A stretch of DNA of 61,066 bases, from positions 1 through 61,066 of the IMG/VR virus record IMGVR_UViG_3300007734_000736. One strand, given 5' to 3'. Under the pieces are notes generated by a model. It saw nothing but the letters and a program-made list of their open reading frames with translations, made no database searches and was not told where the DNA came from. Position numbers and translations under genes: made by a program. Source of the DNA: a virus. Taxonomy: Duplodnaviria > Caudoviricetes. The stretch's first letter is position 1. Every line of letters begins with the position of its first letter. Shown one piece after another: positions 7,537 through 17,102 of the stretch.

Positions 7537-9975
7537 TTACTGGTTAGTTAGTGCATCCATTAGACCCGAGTTGAAGGCTGGAGCCTCTTCGCCTTTGCGC
7601 TGAGAAATCAATTTAGACTGAGCTTCAGCCTGTTTGTTGATTCGAGCGTCCTTTCTGTTTTCCTTCATCGCATCAGTCATTTCTTGTGTCTGACCACGAA
7701 CAGCTTGAGACTCGACCATACCCTGATTTTTTAGCTGTTGAAGCTCCATCTCATACGAGTATTGAAGCTGCATTAACTGGGCTTTTGCTTCGGTTTCAAG
7801 TTGGATTTTTTGAGCTTCAAGTTGTGCCTTCAACTGCTCTGCTTGCATCGTAGACTGAGCAGCAACTTGAGCAGCCTGTGCATTAGCTTCAGCTTGGAAC
7901 TGAGCCTGCTGCTGAGCTTCATCCATGCGCTGCTTCATGCGCTTTTTGCGGCGAACAACCAGAAGGCGCTCCGCTTGCTCTGGGTCGCGGAGCTGACGGA
8001 TAGCAATAGCGTCCTCAAGGTCAATCTCTTTTTGAGATAGGGCCATGTTGATGTTTTGCTCCAGGTAGATTTTGGAGCGGTCGTCCATTTCTCCCATTAC
8101 GATGACGCCAAAGTTGTACATCGAGAGGTTATCAAACGAACTCAGGATGGCCATGTTGGTCTCCCCAATGGCGTTGGTGTAAACCTTGTAGATGATGCTC
8201 TTGGGCGGGATTACCTGCAAGCAGCGCACGATGTCCTCACAGACCTTCTTGTAAAGGACCTGTGCGGCGTGAGTGATGTCGTAGGTTGCGTTGTTTGAAG
8301 CGGCAATGGCCTGCTCGCGAACGCCCACAAGCGCATCTGCCTTTGGGGTGCTTGCGTCAACTACCTCATTGATTCCCGTTGCGTCGCGAATCATGCGCAG
8401 GTAGTGGTTGTACAATGCGACCAACTCTTGGATGTTGCGGATGGCATTGCCAATCTCCCGCACCGGCGGGTTTTGGAACCCGCCTTCGGGATTCTTAGAG
8501 CGGTAGTAGAATACACCAGTTTGCTCGTAGATGTCCTGAATCTCCAGAGGCTGCAGTTCTCCACCCCGTCCGAGCTGTACGTTCTCCAGGCCTTCGATAT
8601 CGATGATGAGTCCATCAGGCTTAGCCTTGGCAATGGACTGCTGAATCTTCAAGTGAGTGATTTGAAGCATGTCTCCAAATCCAATCACACTTGACACCAT
8701 TGACTTCGGAATCATACCGCGAAGGTTCGTGGCTACGCAAGAGTATGAAAGGCGAGCGCGAGCAATATCATGTACGTTCTTCGGGATGTTCTTCTGAACT
8801 CCGTAGTTGTACATCAGCTCAGTACCAATTACGTACACGCCACCGTAGACGGTAGCGTTCTTCATGTACACAGCCTCGCGGTCGAATACTGATTGCTGCG
8901 GGGCGTTGTAGCTGTGGCCTTTGTAGTAGAACCCGATGTTGCCAAACTTGGACTCTTTCTTTTCGAACACGATGTCGTCTACCGACATGAATTCAAACTC
9001 CATGATTTGGACCTTGTACTCGTCGTATCCGTAGCGGTAGCGGTTGCTGATGGTCTCGTAGTTGTAGCCTTGGGTAGCGTAGCGCAGCGGGTCATTTCCG
9101 TAACGGTTCATTACCGTTTGGGCAATCTGTTGGTACTGCTCTTCGGTAAACTGATTTCCTGCAAGACGCTTGAGCTCCATGATGGTTACCGTACGGAAGT
9201 GACCAGCGTAGGTCAGGTCCGCCATGTTGGGGTCGTCCGTGTAGTTGTGGATGAAGTATGCCGGGTCTACGTACTGCTCACGAATGCCGTAGTTAGGGTC
9301 ATTGGTGCGCTTGGTAATGGCGATGCCGCACGTAACGAGGTCCTCAACGCAGCGGCGGTAGATGCCGTCGTCGAAGTCGTTCCACGTAAGAGTCATTTCC
9401 GTGGCCAGCTGTGCAGCAATCTCTGCATCAGTTTTCACGTTCGTGTCCAGGAAGATTTCCGTTTCCTCGGGAGTGTCCGGAAGCGAGTCCGGGTCAACGC
9501 GCACGTTCAAGCCAAGAGCCTTTGCCTCTTGGAGCATCTCCTTGTTTTCGATGTGAAGGATGGTGGCGTTCTTCTTTTTGTCTTTCTCGCTGCGTGACAA
9601 CGGGTCAACAGCCTGTACTTGTGGGTAGGGCTTGCGAGACAGAATCTTGTTTACGACGATGCGAACAAACTTGGGAATGATGGGAACTGGAGTGTAGTCC
9701 AGCGTAAGCATCGTTCCGTCTCCGTTGTTGGCATCCAGTGAGCTCAAGATTTGCCGATAGATGGACGTGTCTTGAGTTCCTTGAGCATAGTCTCGGTTGT
9801 TCTGCATTTCATTGAACCGACGACCATACAATGAATTGTTGTAGTCAACCCCAATCCACTGAGCATACATGGCCTTAGCATACTGAAGGCCATAGGATTG
9901 CGACATCTTTTCTTCCGTACTCGCTAGCGGGTCCGGGAACGTAGATTGACCTTTTGCTGTATAATCTCTTTGCAT
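7537..9975 (-). CDS. Portal protein
   Basis: 812 aa next to TerL; YAQGTQD, PVPIIPKFV, IRDATGINE motifs; Q-rich coiled-coil C-terminus. Confidence 0.88.
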   Translation of the reverse strand: MQRDYTAKGQSTFPDPLASTEEKMSQSYGLQYAKAMYAQWIGVDYNNSLYGRRFNEMQNNRDYAQGTQDTSIYRQILSSLDANNGDGTMLTLDYTPVPIIPKFVRIVVNKILSRKPYPQVQAVDPLSRSEKDKKKNATILHIENKEMLQEAKALGLNVRVDPDSLPDTPEETEIFLDTNVKTDAEIAAQLATEMTLTWNDFDDGIYRRCVEDLVTCGIAITKRTNDPNYGIREQYVDPAYFIHNYTDDPNMADLTYAGHFRTVTIMELKRLAGNQFTEEQYQQIAQTVMNRYGNDPLRYATQGYNYETISNRYRYGYDEYKVQIMEFEFMSVDDIVFEKKESKFGNIGFYYKGHSYNAPQQSVFDREAVYMKNATVYGGVYVIGTELMYNYGVQKNIPKNVHDIARARLSYSCVATNLRGMIPKSMVSSVIGFGDMLQITHLKIQQSIAKAKPDGLIIDIEGLENVQLGRGGELQPLEIQDIYEQTGVFYYRSKNPEGGFQNPPVREIGNAIRNIQELVALYNHYLRMIRDATGINEVVDASTPKADALVGVREQAIAASNNATYDITHAAQVLYKKVCEDIVRCLQVIPPKSIIYKVYTNAIGETNMAILSSFDNLSMYNFGVIVMGEMDDRSKIYLEQNINMALSQKEIDLEDAIAIRQLRDPEQAERLLVVRRKKRMKQRMDEAQQQAQFQAEANAQAAQVAAQSTMQAEQLKAQLEAQKIQLETEAKAQLMQLQYSYEMELQQLKNQGMVESQAVRGQTQEMTDAMKENRKDARINKQAEAQSKLISQRKGEEAPAFNSGLMDALTNQ

Positions 9976-10014
9976 AATCCACTATGGGCTAATATGCAAA
10001 TATACTTATTTGAT

Positions 10015-12117
10015 TCAGCGTAAGATGACCCGACCAGGGCGGAAGAACTTCTTTACATCAAAGTTGGTTTTCTCTTTCTTGACCGTCGCTCCTTGCGCTG
10101 CTAAAAGCGCAAGGCCGCTGGAGATGGAAAGGTCAAATGCAGTACGGTCGTCAACCTTGAAGTTAATCCAATCTTCAAGGGTTCGGTCAAAATACATCTT
10201 CCCAAATTCCATGGTCTCTTCGTTCACTCCAACGTGAGAATGGATGAACGCTTCAATGGCTTGAGCATGTGCCTGAATGATGTCCTGCGAGTTCGACGGA
10301 ATACCCTTTGTTTTGCTTCCTCCTCCATATCCAGAACCAAGGTGTTCAGGCCTGTTCATCAGGTAGTTATCGTATCCGCGCTGCTCAAAATATCGTGCGA
10401 TTCCATACTTGTTGTTCTCAATCAGAATTGAGTATCCATAGAACTTCGCCGCCATTAGAACGTCCTCATAGAATATCTTGGCCAGCGGAGGACGTGAAGC
10501 ATACTCTGCAACAAACATGTTTGCCGGATACTGCAGGTTGAACTTGTTGTACAGATGGCACGCGCCCTTAGAGCCGCGGCCATCTACGGTAGCATCAATG
10601 TCGTAGGAGTCAACTCCACCCACACCGAGCCATTCGTTCTGTGGACCCTGTTTGTTTCTGAGCTCATACGGGGGCATCCAAGCCACTCTCCAGCGTCCAT
10701 TTGCATCCGGCTTGAAGTAGACCTCAGTGTCTTGCTTTCCGTCCTTCCAGACAAAGTTTCCGACAAGGATTGGGTTTGGGTACAAGTCCTGGTTGTACTG
10801 AATCTGTTCGTATATCTTCTGGACGTTGAACACCGAGGCCTTGGCGCTGTCACGAAATGCCTCTGCCTCGCTGAAAGGGAACTGGCGAATCACCTCGTTG
10901 AGTTCGTAGCTGTCGTTCACTAGGGCCTTTCTCTCGTTCTTCAGGAATGTCTTGGCTCCGATGGTGACCATATTCCCGTCGATACCAAGGATTGGCACCT
11001 CTGGGTCTTCAACTATAGGATGACCGTAGACATCGAAGAATCCCTCTAGCGACTCATAGGCAGGCATGAACAGCCTGTAGAGACCGCTCTTGGTGCGTCC
11101 GTTTTCGTTTCGTTCGTTTGGGTTGCTGCTGTACACCAGGTCCCGGAACTGTCGGCCCCCTTTGTCAAGGGGGTTTACCGTGCTTCCTACGATAGCCTTT
11201 CCTACGATGTTTCTACCAACCAACAGACAGGTGCGATGAATTCGCCAAGACTCGCGAATGTCGCTTGGCTTCTCCCACTTGCCAGCCTCATCCATGTACA
11301 GGATATGAAGTTTCTCACCGTCATAAGCGTTGTTTGTTGTGTTCTTCCAGTTGATTACCGTGTTGAGGGCGTCTCCTCGGGTGGCCGTCTTGACCTTCTT
11401 GGTGATTCGCTTTGATGGCTCGCGAAATGCAAGCTCCATGCGCGGGTTGGTGGTACCGTCCTGGATGGGCTTGAAGAAGAATGGCAGCGACTTGTAGATT
11501 GGCATTACCTTCTTCATGAAGATGTTCTCCTGCGCATCACCACCCGTCTTGGACATGATACCCAACAGCTTGTCTTTTACCTGAGAACCCTCGTTAACCA
11601 GCACTGAAGAGGTCATCTGCGTATATCCGGAACGACGGCACTTGACGTACACCTGGCCAAGGCATCTGTCGTCCACAGCACAGGCTTCCATGTGCAGGAA
11701 CAGCGTTCTCTGGAAGCTCAAGAACTCAGGATAGCCGATATCAATCTTGGCCCACTGAAGAAAGAAGTAGTGATTTCCAGTTATGTACGTTGGAACACCG
11801 TTGTTGTAGAACCACACGCCTTTTCTCCTGCGCTCAAACTCCTGAGATATGTAGCCCATGTAGCGCTTCTTGAACTCCTCTGGCATGGCGGCCCACTCGT
11901 CCATAGTCTTAATGCGCTGGATGTCGTCCGGTAGCTCAAGTCGAGTCCATCGTTGCTCGTGCTGAGGAAGGTCGTGAAAAAGGATTTTCTTCTTGTCTGG
12001 CTGCTTTGGAAGCTGGATTGGCAAATCGCCAATCACCTCGACATCCCCCATGGTTCCGTCGTGGCAAATACTGACAACCTGCCCAGTATAATCCTTATGT
12101 TCAACAAGACCAGCCAT
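10015..12117 (-). CDS. terL: Terminase large subunit
   Basis: Walker A-like KCRRSGYT, Walker B YMDEAGKW, GST coupling motif, nuclease GVDSYD. Confidence 0.9.
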   Translation of the reverse strand: MAGLVEHKDYTGQVVSICHDGTMGDVEVIGDLPIQLPKQPDKKKILFHDLPQHEQRWTRLELPDDIQRIKTMDEWAAMPEEFKKRYMGYISQEFERRRKGVWFYNNGVPTYITGNHYFFLQWAKIDIGYPEFLSFQRTLFLHMEACAVDDRCLGQVYVKCRRSGYTQMTSSVLVNEGSQVKDKLLGIMSKTGGDAQENIFMKKVMPIYKSLPFFFKPIQDGTTNPRMELAFREPSKRITKKVKTATRGDALNTVINWKNTTNNAYDGEKLHILYMDEAGKWEKPSDIRESWRIHRTCLLVGRNIVGKAIVGSTVNPLDKGGRQFRDLVYSSNPNERNENGRTKSGLYRLFMPAYESLEGFFDVYGHPIVEDPEVPILGIDGNMVTIGAKTFLKNERKALVNDSYELNEVIRQFPFSEAEAFRDSAKASVFNVQKIYEQIQYNQDLYPNPILVGNFVWKDGKQDTEVYFKPDANGRWRVAWMPPYELRNKQGPQNEWLGVGGVDSYDIDATVDGRGSKGACHLYNKFNLQYPANMFVAEYASRPPLAKIFYEDVLMAAKFYGYSILIENNKYGIARYFEQRGYDNYLMNRPEHLGSGYGGGSKTKGIPSNSQDIIQAHAQAIEAFIHSHVGVNEETMEFGKMYFDRTLEDWINFKVDDRTAFDLSISSGLALLAAQGATVKKEKTNFDVKKFFRPGRVILR

Positions 12118-12174
12118 TACTCTTCTTTATCCTCCTCTGGAGTGGTATCATCCCAATATATGAAAACCCAGTTG

Positions 12175-12471
12175 TCACCGAGCGTGTTGCTCTGCGAGCC
12201 CTCCGGAGTAGTCTTTTTCTTCTGAGATTTCTCCATTTTCGTGAAGTTGTTTTACGAGAAGCTGAAGCTTCTCTCGTTCCACAATAAGCTCTTTGGCGTC
12301 AATAGCCGTTTGCTTGATGGCCTGGAGCTCTGCCTTTCTCTGCGAGCCAGACAGCTCCTGGTCTACCGGCTTTTGAATCTCCTGAATCATGTTCTCTATG
12401 GCTATCTCCATAGCGGCCATGAGGCGATTGGCGGTGCCTACGTTATCGAAGCTACTCTTGGACTTGCGCAT
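12175..12471 (-). CDS. Putative terminase small subunit
   Basis: Small helical protein immediately upstream of TerL; positional inference only. Confidence 0.45.
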   Translation of the reverse strand: MRKSKSSFDNVGTANRLMAAMEIAIENMIQEIQKPVDQELSGSQRKAELQAIKQTAIDAKELIVEREKLQLLVKQLHENGEISEEKDYSGGLAEQHAR

Positions 12472-13087
12472 AGATGTGGGTCAATAGAACGCGATACAAG
12501 CGCTCTCCGTTAATCTCCATTTCGTAGTCCGCGTTCTTCTGGATGAACACCTTATCTCCGGGCTTGAGGCCAAGCTCATCAAGCTTGGCTGAGCCGTAAC
12601 GTATGTATCCGTACTGGTTGTAGCTCTTCTTGCTCTGCACGAGCTCGAGGACATCGCTTTTGAGCTCGTCCTCTTGCTCTGCTGGGGTTAGAAATATCCA
12701 GTCTCCCAGAAGTCGCACCTCTCCGGTCTCTTTGCTCTTGTGGGCATAGGCCTGGCAACTGAATGGGTCATATCCTCCATCCCAGGTGACATAGTACAGG
12801 TTCTCGTTTCCGTAAACAAATTGTCCGCGCCTGTCTGCTTCATTTAGCTGTTTGTTGCCGTAGACCATGTGGTTTCCCCCAAGCACTACGTGGTGATGGA
12901 AGTACAGCGTGTCTCCAACAGAGACGCCGGTCTTGTAGCGCTGAGGTACGCCCATCACCTCTCCCTCGAATGCACGGTGTGCAAACTCGTTGAACCGGGT
13001 GTCCAGGTACATCTCCTGGCCGGCCACCTTAATGGTGTCGTTTACGGCTTTGTCTACTTTGACAATGAAGTATCGTATCGGTTTCAT
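12452..13087 (-). CDS. Co-chaperonin GroES-like protein with two GroES-like repeats
   Basis: GEVMGVP..VSVGDTLYF and GDWIFL..GLKPGDKVFI..EINGERLY; start 13087 overlaps the upstream stop. Confidence 0.65.
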   Translation of the reverse strand: MKPIRYFIVKVDKAVNDTIKVAGQEMYLDTRFNEFAHRAFEGEVMGVPQRYKTGVSVGDTLYFHHHVVLGGNHMVYGNKQLNEADRRGQFVYGNENLYYVTWDGGYDPFSCQAYAHKSKETGEVRLLGDWIFLTPAEQEDELKSDVLELVQSKKSYNQYGYIRYGSAKLDELGLKPGDKVFIQKNADYEMEINGERLYRVLLTHIYAQVQE

Positions 13088-13323
13088 CAGAAGTCGCAAT
13101 CGTGTTCAATCAAACAAGGCATGTCGTCAATCGTCTTCCAGAGCATGGTGCCTTTGTCTGGATTGAAGATGTAGACAAGGTACCTGCGAATCCCATACAC
13201 AGAAAGGGCTCGCTCGTCCTGAACGATTGAATCAACTACCGCGTCTCCGGTTTTTTGGCCCACGAAATAGGCCATAGCGTCTTTGGGGTTTTGCCCCACA
13301 ATGATTTTTCTAATAAGTTCCAT
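13087..13323 (-). CDS. Hypothetical protein
   Basis: ORF coupled to its neighbours. Confidence 0.7.
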   Translation of the reverse strand: MELIRKIIVGQNPKDAMAYFVGQKTGDAVVDSIVQDERALSVYGIRRYLVYIFNPDKGTMLWKTIDDMPCLIEHDCDF

Positions 13324-13333
13324 TTCAATTCTA

Positions 13334-13648
13334 TTATTTCTTTAACCAGTATTCAATTGAGTTCGTGGGTTCATCGTCGTCGTCATCCTCTTCCTCTTGA
13401 ACTTGGAAGCTGTGGGCAACTACGTTGAACATCATATTGAGTTCGTCGTTGTCGTCTACGCTGTAGCCGGCTAGGAACTCATAACTTTCGGGATATTCGT
13501 CGTCTTTCATTCCCTCGTCGCACGCAAGACCAAAGCAATAGGTGGTCATGAAGTCCTTTGCCGCATCATTTTCCTTGATGATGTCGGCAATCTCCTCCAT
13601 CTTCTCCCTTATGAGAATGAAGACCTCAATTCTCTTTTCTCTTGTCAC
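13334..13648 (-). CDS. Acidic hypothetical protein
   Basis: D/E-rich ORF within the operon. Confidence 0.65.
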   Translation of the reverse strand: MTREKRIEVFILIREKMEEIADIIKENDAAKDFMTTYCFGLACDEGMKDDEYPESYEFLAGYSVDDNDELNMMFNVVAHSFQVQEEEDDDDDEPTNSIEYWLKK

Positions 13649-13649
13649 G

Positions 13650-14615
13650 TTACGCGGGCAATGATATTTGGCCCAAGTTAGTAACAGAAACGCTAGTATT
13701 CTTCGTGAGTATTACTGCAGAAGTGGAACTACACCTTAGCGCTATGTCATACGGAACACTGGAGTCTGCGTAGTAATAATAGCTAAGATTCACCGTATGC
13801 TTCCCTGCCTTTGTACTTTCCAAGTCTTCAATAAGAACTACACTGCTCGCTCCATCGTTGATGTACAGCTGGGTGGTAATGTCAGGAGTTCCGGCAGAAA
13901 TTGAATACTCAACACATGCTTCTATCAGGTACATCGATTCAGTGTTAAGCCGAATGTTGTCACGGATTCCAACTGCGCTAACAAGAGAAATACTAGCGCT
14001 GGCGCCACCAAAAGCTACCGATGAAGTGGCCGGGTCAACAGCTCCAGTAGCCGATGCACTGTAGAGCTCAGCAAACGGAATCATAACTGCAGCCGTGCCT
14101 ACTGAGGTGGTAGCCTGTGGCTTAGCCACAAACATATTGGGCAATACGGTTGCACCGATGTTTACCACGTAATCAGAAAGGTTGACCAGATTGATGTACT
14201 TGTAGGCGCTTGCTGATTCATCCCAAATGAGAAACTTGTCTGAGTTGGAAGCTGTTGCCTGCGTAAGTTGCGTAAGTGAGCTAGCGGGTAGGACTCCAAT
14301 TGTGCTGCCCGTGGCGCTCAACGGAGAGTTGGCCGTGACCGAGGCGGTGCCAATCGGATTGGTGCTGAGGTTTCGTTTGACAAATACGCCCGTTGAGCTA
14401 AGCATAAGCGCCTGCACATCGGTTGTGGATGTGGCCATTGTGCCAGTGCACTTGAAATCACCCGTTGACTCTACCGTGTCTGTGGAGAGCTTCAATGCAG
14501 TTGCATTGCCCTGGCCATCCTGCACGACCTGCTCAGACGCAGACACCGTAGAGGTAGCCAGCTTCAAAAGAAGGCCGAAGGTGTCTTTAATTTTGGTTCC
14601 GCTAAGACTTCCCAT
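13650..14615 (-). CDS. Putative virion fibre/decoration protein
   Basis: S/T/A-rich; N-terminal LSGTKIKDTF..LLK..DGQGN motif; beta-rich C-terminal head; TATCTTTG box at 14632-14639. Confidence 0.55.
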   Translation of the reverse strand: MGSLSGTKIKDTFGLLLKLATSTVSASEQVVQDGQGNATALKLSTDTVESTGDFKCTGTMATSTTDVQALMLSSTGVFVKRNLSTNPIGTASVTANSPLSATGSTIGVLPASSLTQLTQATASNSDKFLIWDESASAYKYINLVNLSDYVVNIGATVLPNMFVAKPQATTSVGTAAVMIPFAELYSASATGAVDPATSSVAFGGASASISLVSAVGIRDNIRLNTESMYLIEACVEYSISAGTPDITTQLYINDGASSVVLIEDLESTKAGKHTVNLSYYYYADSSVPYDIALRCSSTSAVILTKNTSVSVTNLGQISLPA

Positions 14616-14644
14616 ATTAGTACTTTTGAAACAAAGATACTGAT

Positions 14645-15112
14645 ATGCCGAAAAGTAGGGTTAGCCGAAAGAAGCTATTCAGGGAATTCTCTAAAATTGA
14701 CCCCAAGTTTATTCAGAGGAACGACCTGAAGTACATTACGTTCCTGTACCGAGACATGAGTGAGAACTTCGGTCTGGGTGCCGCAGAGGTAGAAATACTG
14801 CTGTTCACCTACGACCTGGAGTTTTGGACCATTGACTACCTGGCTGAGGGCATGATGCGCAGCGCAGTACAGCTCAAGAAGAAGAACATCTACAAGATGC
14901 TGCGCGAGGGACTGATATACCCGCACTTTGACCGTCTCACGCCGCACAACAGCGAGCTAGCTGCTGGATTCTTCCGGGAGGAGAACAAGTTCAACTACCG
15001 CATACGCTACGCCCTGACGCAGAAAGCGCGCCTTTTGGTGGCGCGCATGTACAGGAAACTGTATGGAGAGGAACCGTTTAGGATTTCTTCACCTTCCGCA
15101 GGGCAAGAGTAG
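14645..15112 (+). CDS. Putative winged-helix DNA-binding protein
   Basis: Basic, MarR-like layout ending RYALTQKAR; divergent from 14615. Confidence 0.5.
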   Translation: MPKSRVSRKKLFREFSKIDPKFIQRNDLKYITFLYRDMSENFGLGAAEVEILLFTYDLEFWTIDYLAEGMMRSAVQLKKKNIYKMLREGLIYPHFDRLTPHNSELAAGFFREENKFNYRIRYALTQKARLLVARMYRKLYGEEPFRISSPSAGQE

Positions 15113-15305
15113 CCATCCGCTCTTTGGTATCGCCTGGTTTATCGTGAGTTACCACGCGAAATGGCGCCTCAAGGCTTGCGTTTGGGTGCTTGACAAACTT
15201 GCCGGAGTGCTTCATTAGGTAGAAGCGACCCTTTCCGTCGTTCATCCAGTGGTAGCCCTCCGGGGCCTTCACCATTACGTTCTTACTGAGCTTCTTGAGT
15301 TCCAT
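15078..15305 (-). CDS. Small basic hypothetical protein
   Basis: ORF overlapping the methyltransferase stop. Confidence 0.6.
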   Translation of the reverse strand: MELKKLSKNVMVKAPEGYHWMNDGKGRFYLMKHSGKFVKHPNASLEAPFRVVTHDKPGDTKERMATLALRKVKKS

Positions 15306-15897
15306 CTTTTCGGGTGATTTCTAGAATCATATCGTCAGAACGGTTCTTGTTCTTACGAAAGTCAAATCTACGGAACTCCGTGGAGAATTCTGGGCTGACT
15401 TCTCGCTCCAGCTTCTCGAACCAGTCGTAGTTCTGGATGTCTTCGATGACCAGTTTGCCCCCTGGCTTGACTTTCGGTAGCCATTTTTGGATGGCTACCT
15501 TCATGCTCTCGATGCTGTGGGGTCCGTCGTCGATGATGTAGTCGTAAAAGCTGTCGGGGTACTCGGCAATGACCGGATTCGCGTATCCGTCTTGAATGCG
15601 TATCTCTACATTAGGGTATTCGCGGGTTCCGCGCATGTCATTGTAGTGCGAAGGCACCCCTTCATAGATGTCAAGTCCAACAATCTTGGCGTTTGGGAAC
15701 CATTCGCTCCACAGCATGAGGCTTCCGCCCCACTGCACCCCTAATTCGAGTACATTTTGCACGGTTTCGCGCTTGTCCTTGAACTCGTGGGTGTAGTATC
15801 CCTTGATGTAGTCGTGGTCAGCCCCTTTGTCGGAGGTATAGAAGCCCGGGCGCCCAGGATAGGCGCACACAGAGCGGTACATTTCGTCTAATGTCAT
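15283..15897 (-). CDS. Class I SAM-dependent methyltransferase (sugar/small-molecule O-methyltransferase-like)
   Basis: VLELGVQWGGS, GLDI, DYIIDDGPH, LPKVKPGGKLVIEDI. Confidence 0.85.
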   Translation of the reverse strand: MTLDEMYRSVCAYPGRPGFYTSDKGADHDYIKGYYTHEFKDKRETVQNVLELGVQWGGSLMLWSEWFPNAKIVGLDIYEGVPSHYNDMRGTREYPNVEIRIQDGYANPVIAEYPDSFYDYIIDDGPHSIESMKVAIQKWLPKVKPGGKLVIEDIQNYDWFEKLEREVSPEFSTEFRRFDFRKNKNRSDDMILEITRKDGTQEAQ

Positions 15898-15900
15898 GGC

Positions 15901-16005
15901 TTAGCTGCCGCAGGCTTCGCAGTCTTCTGGGTTGTCGATGTTGCAGGTGGGCTGCTTTGCCTCTTCGAGCTGTTCGAGCCAGTCTTCAAACTCTCCTCCG
16001 GTCAT
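15901..16005 (-). CDS. 34-aa acidic CxxC peptide MTGGEFEDWLEQLEEAKQPTCNIDNPEDCEACGS
   Basis: Hand translated; ATGA overlap with the upstream stop; ends 3 bp before the next ATG. Confidence 0.7.
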   Translation of the reverse strand: MTGGEFEDWLEQLEEAKQPTCNIDNPEDCEACGS

Positions 16006-16136
16006 TTCTTTCTGAATTTTTTGGTCTTTACCACTTTGAGCTTTCCGTCCTCTTCATATACGCGCATGCCGGCTTCTTCGGCCTGGCGCTTCATGGAGTT
16101 GAACTTCTGGGTTACTGTAAGCTTATTTGTTTTCAC
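16002..16136 (-). CDS. Small basic hypothetical protein (start uncertain)
   Basis: 3' part of ORF 16002..16208; GTG at 16136. Confidence 0.45.
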   Translation of the reverse strand: MKTNKLTVTQKFNSMKRQAEEAGMRVYEEDGKLKVVKTKKFRKK

Positions 16137-16245
16137 TGAGCTTATTGAGGATTTTGAAGTTTGACTGACCTTGTGCCGTGCGGTCTTTGCTGACCTTCTT
16201 CTGGCCAACGACAGCTCCTGCTCGTTTCTTGGTGCTCTTTGCCAT
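16123..16245 (-). CDS. 40-aa basic peptide (MAKSTKKRAG...)
   Basis: Hand translated; TAATG overlap with the upstream gene. Confidence 0.5.
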   Translation of the reverse strand: MAKSTKKRAGAVVGQKKVSKDRTAQGQSNFKILNKLSENK

Positions 16246-16463
16246 TATTTTTTAGCTCTATTGCGTTTTGCAGGAATCATGCGGCGCTCGTCGTGGTCGT
16301 AGTCTTTCCCGTCGCCGTTACCGTAGGTTCCGGCGTCGCGGTTCTTCTTGTTCAGCTCTGCGCGGTACTTCTTGCGCTCACGGGTGGAGTGATATTCGGT
16401 ATCGTACTCCGCCTTCTTGGCGCGGGCAGCCGCGTTGCCAGCGTAGTACTTGCTCGTCTTCAT
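16245..16463 (-). CDS. Small basic protein with a degenerate HNH-like motif
   Basis: DGKDYDH...RNR C-terminus. Confidence 0.5.
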   Translation of the reverse strand: MKTSKYYAGNAAARAKKAEYDTEYHSTRERKKYRAELNKKNRDAGTYGNGDGKDYDHDERRMIPAKRNRAKK

Positions 16464-16642
16464 TCCTCCTCGCTGTAGTAGCAGGCCTTGACCTTGTAGT
16501 GCATGGGAGCCTTACCGGCTGCCTTTACGGCTGCCTGGATTTGCTTAACGGCCATCATCAGGTCGGGATTCATGACCTCAATTTCCTGCTCTGACTCCAT
16601 CTTGCCTCCGTATTCGTAGGCTTTTGCTCGGTACTTTTTCAT
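16460..16642 (-). CDS. Small protein with a YxxGG motif
   Basis: MKKYRAKAYEYGG start; TAAATTTG box at 16675-16682. Confidence 0.6.
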   Translation of the reverse strand: MKKYRAKAYEYGGKMESEQEIEVMNPDLMMAVKQIQAAVKAAGKAPMHYKVKACYYSEEE

Positions 16643-16758
16643 AATCTTCCTAAAGGAAAGGGTTTGACTTACCACAAATTTAGAAATTTTTTCACCTTGG
16701 GACTTGACTGACGTTTTTCGTTTTCGTAGTATTGCCTCTCAATTCAAAACCAACCAGA

Positions 16759-17076
16759 ATGAAAATCATCATCTTATCTTTTGCTGCGCTGCTTTCTTTC
16801 AGTGCCTTTTCTCAGGAGCCACCAAAGTTTCTAGAGAACTTCAGTTACCGGACCGAAATGGTTACTTCTGAAGATGGAGAAACCTTTGAGTGCTACATCG
16901 TCTCTGCTAGAAACAACGACCAGTTCAAGGCATTGAACAAGGTGTTTCGCAAGATGAAGTACCAGGAGACTTGGCGTGAGGACGGAGTGGTATACTCTGC
17001 TCGAAGCAACGGCAAGCACACGATGGTCCGAGGGTGGGCCTGGGGCTTTCGGGCGTTCAGCGTGTACGCAAATTAA
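16759..17076 (+). CDS. Secreted protein with a Sec signal peptide; stand-alone opposite-strand gene
   Basis: MKIIILSFAALLSFSAFS-Q signal peptide; followed by its own terminator. Confidence 0.7.
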   Translation: MKIIILSFAALLSFSAFSQEPPKFLENFSYRTEMVTSEDGETFECYIVSARNNDQFKALNKVFRKMKYQETWREDGVVYSARSNGKHTMVRGWAWGFRAFSVYAN

Positions 17077-17077
17077 G

Positions 17078-17102
17078 AAGGGGGCTTTCGGCCCCCTTTT
17101 TT
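17078..17102. terminator. Intrinsic terminator between convergent genes
   Basis: AAGGGGGC-TTTCG-GCCCCCTT plus T-run. Confidence 0.8.
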
